Shown one piece after another: positions 63,788 to 64,000 of a stretch of 64,000 nt of DNA. The position numbers and the translations under genes are program-made. Origin of the DNA: an uncultured Armatimonadia bacterium. Lineage in GTDB: Bacteria > Armatimonadota > Zipacnadia > CAVVLO01. Within the stretch, counting starts at the first letter, position 1, and each line of letters begins with the position of its first letter. The notes below the pieces were generated by a model. That model made no database searches. It was not told the origin of the DNA and saw only the letters and a list, made by a program, of their open reading frames with translations. The stretch spans positions 64,001 to 128,000 of the forward strand of contig CAVVLO010000004.1 of assembly GCA_963749155.1 (NCBI GenBank), given 5' to 3'.

Positions 63788-64000
63788 GTGGTGGACAGCT
63801 CCCAGGCCGTCGAGAACAGCTACTGCTACGAGGCCTTCGGGCAGCCGACGGTCGGCCAGAGCGACGTGGCCAACCCTTACCTCTTCGTTGGCGGGTACGG
63901 CGTCCAGTGGGAGAGCACCCCGAGCCTCTACTTTATGCAGGCCAGGTACTACGGCCCGGGCGTCGGCCGGTTCATCTCGGAGGACCCCGTATGGCGGCTC
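63788..64000 (+). CDS. Rhs repeat-associated core protein (orphan-type, runs off the window; not in the ORF track)
   Basis: VVDSSQAVENSYCYEAFG...NPYLFVGGYG...LYFMQARYYGPGVGRFISEDP. AGGAGGAGG lies 7 nt before the GTG; TATAAT at 63744-63749. Confidence 0.85.
   Translation, partial: MVDSSQAVENSYCYEAFGQPTVGQSDVANPYLFVGGYGVQWESTPSLYFMQARYYGPGVGRFISEDPVWRL

Noticed and set aside
1..64000. CRISPR array, tRNA, rRNA, integrase or intact transposase
   Set aside because: No regularly spaced repeats, cas genes, RNA-gene signatures or full-length recombinase ORFs were seen.

Overview
GC-rich bacterial window, probably a long-read assembly with many single-base indels. About 1-57.4 kb is a dense carbohydrate-degradation region: GH36, GH2, a BNR/Asp-box propeller, two GH39/clan-A-like proteins, a heparinase II/III-like lyase, a GH129/DUF5696-like enzyme, a GH32-like enzyme, GH29, a sulfatase, a GH28-like beta-helix, four GxGYxYP paralogues and several uncharacterised secreted proteins. 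I saw no transporter or transcription-factor gene there. Nine intergenic sites share an exactly spaced GCAGGN-N17-GAAN motif resembling a SigH-type promoter, oriented towards the adjacent gene. About 57.4-61.9 kb is an accessory tract in which three co-oriented IS3-family right-end remnants, each with an outward TGnTAnnAT extended -10, precede cargo genes (M14-like peptidase plus methyltransferase, a small membrane protein, an MDR oxidoreductase). The window ends with a zinc-ribbon/DEAD-box helicase gene lying between a decayed Rhs YD fragment and an Rhs core ORF that runs off the end and is missing from the ORF track. No rRNA, tRNA or CRISPR array was seen. Family calls come from motif recognition only, not database searches.
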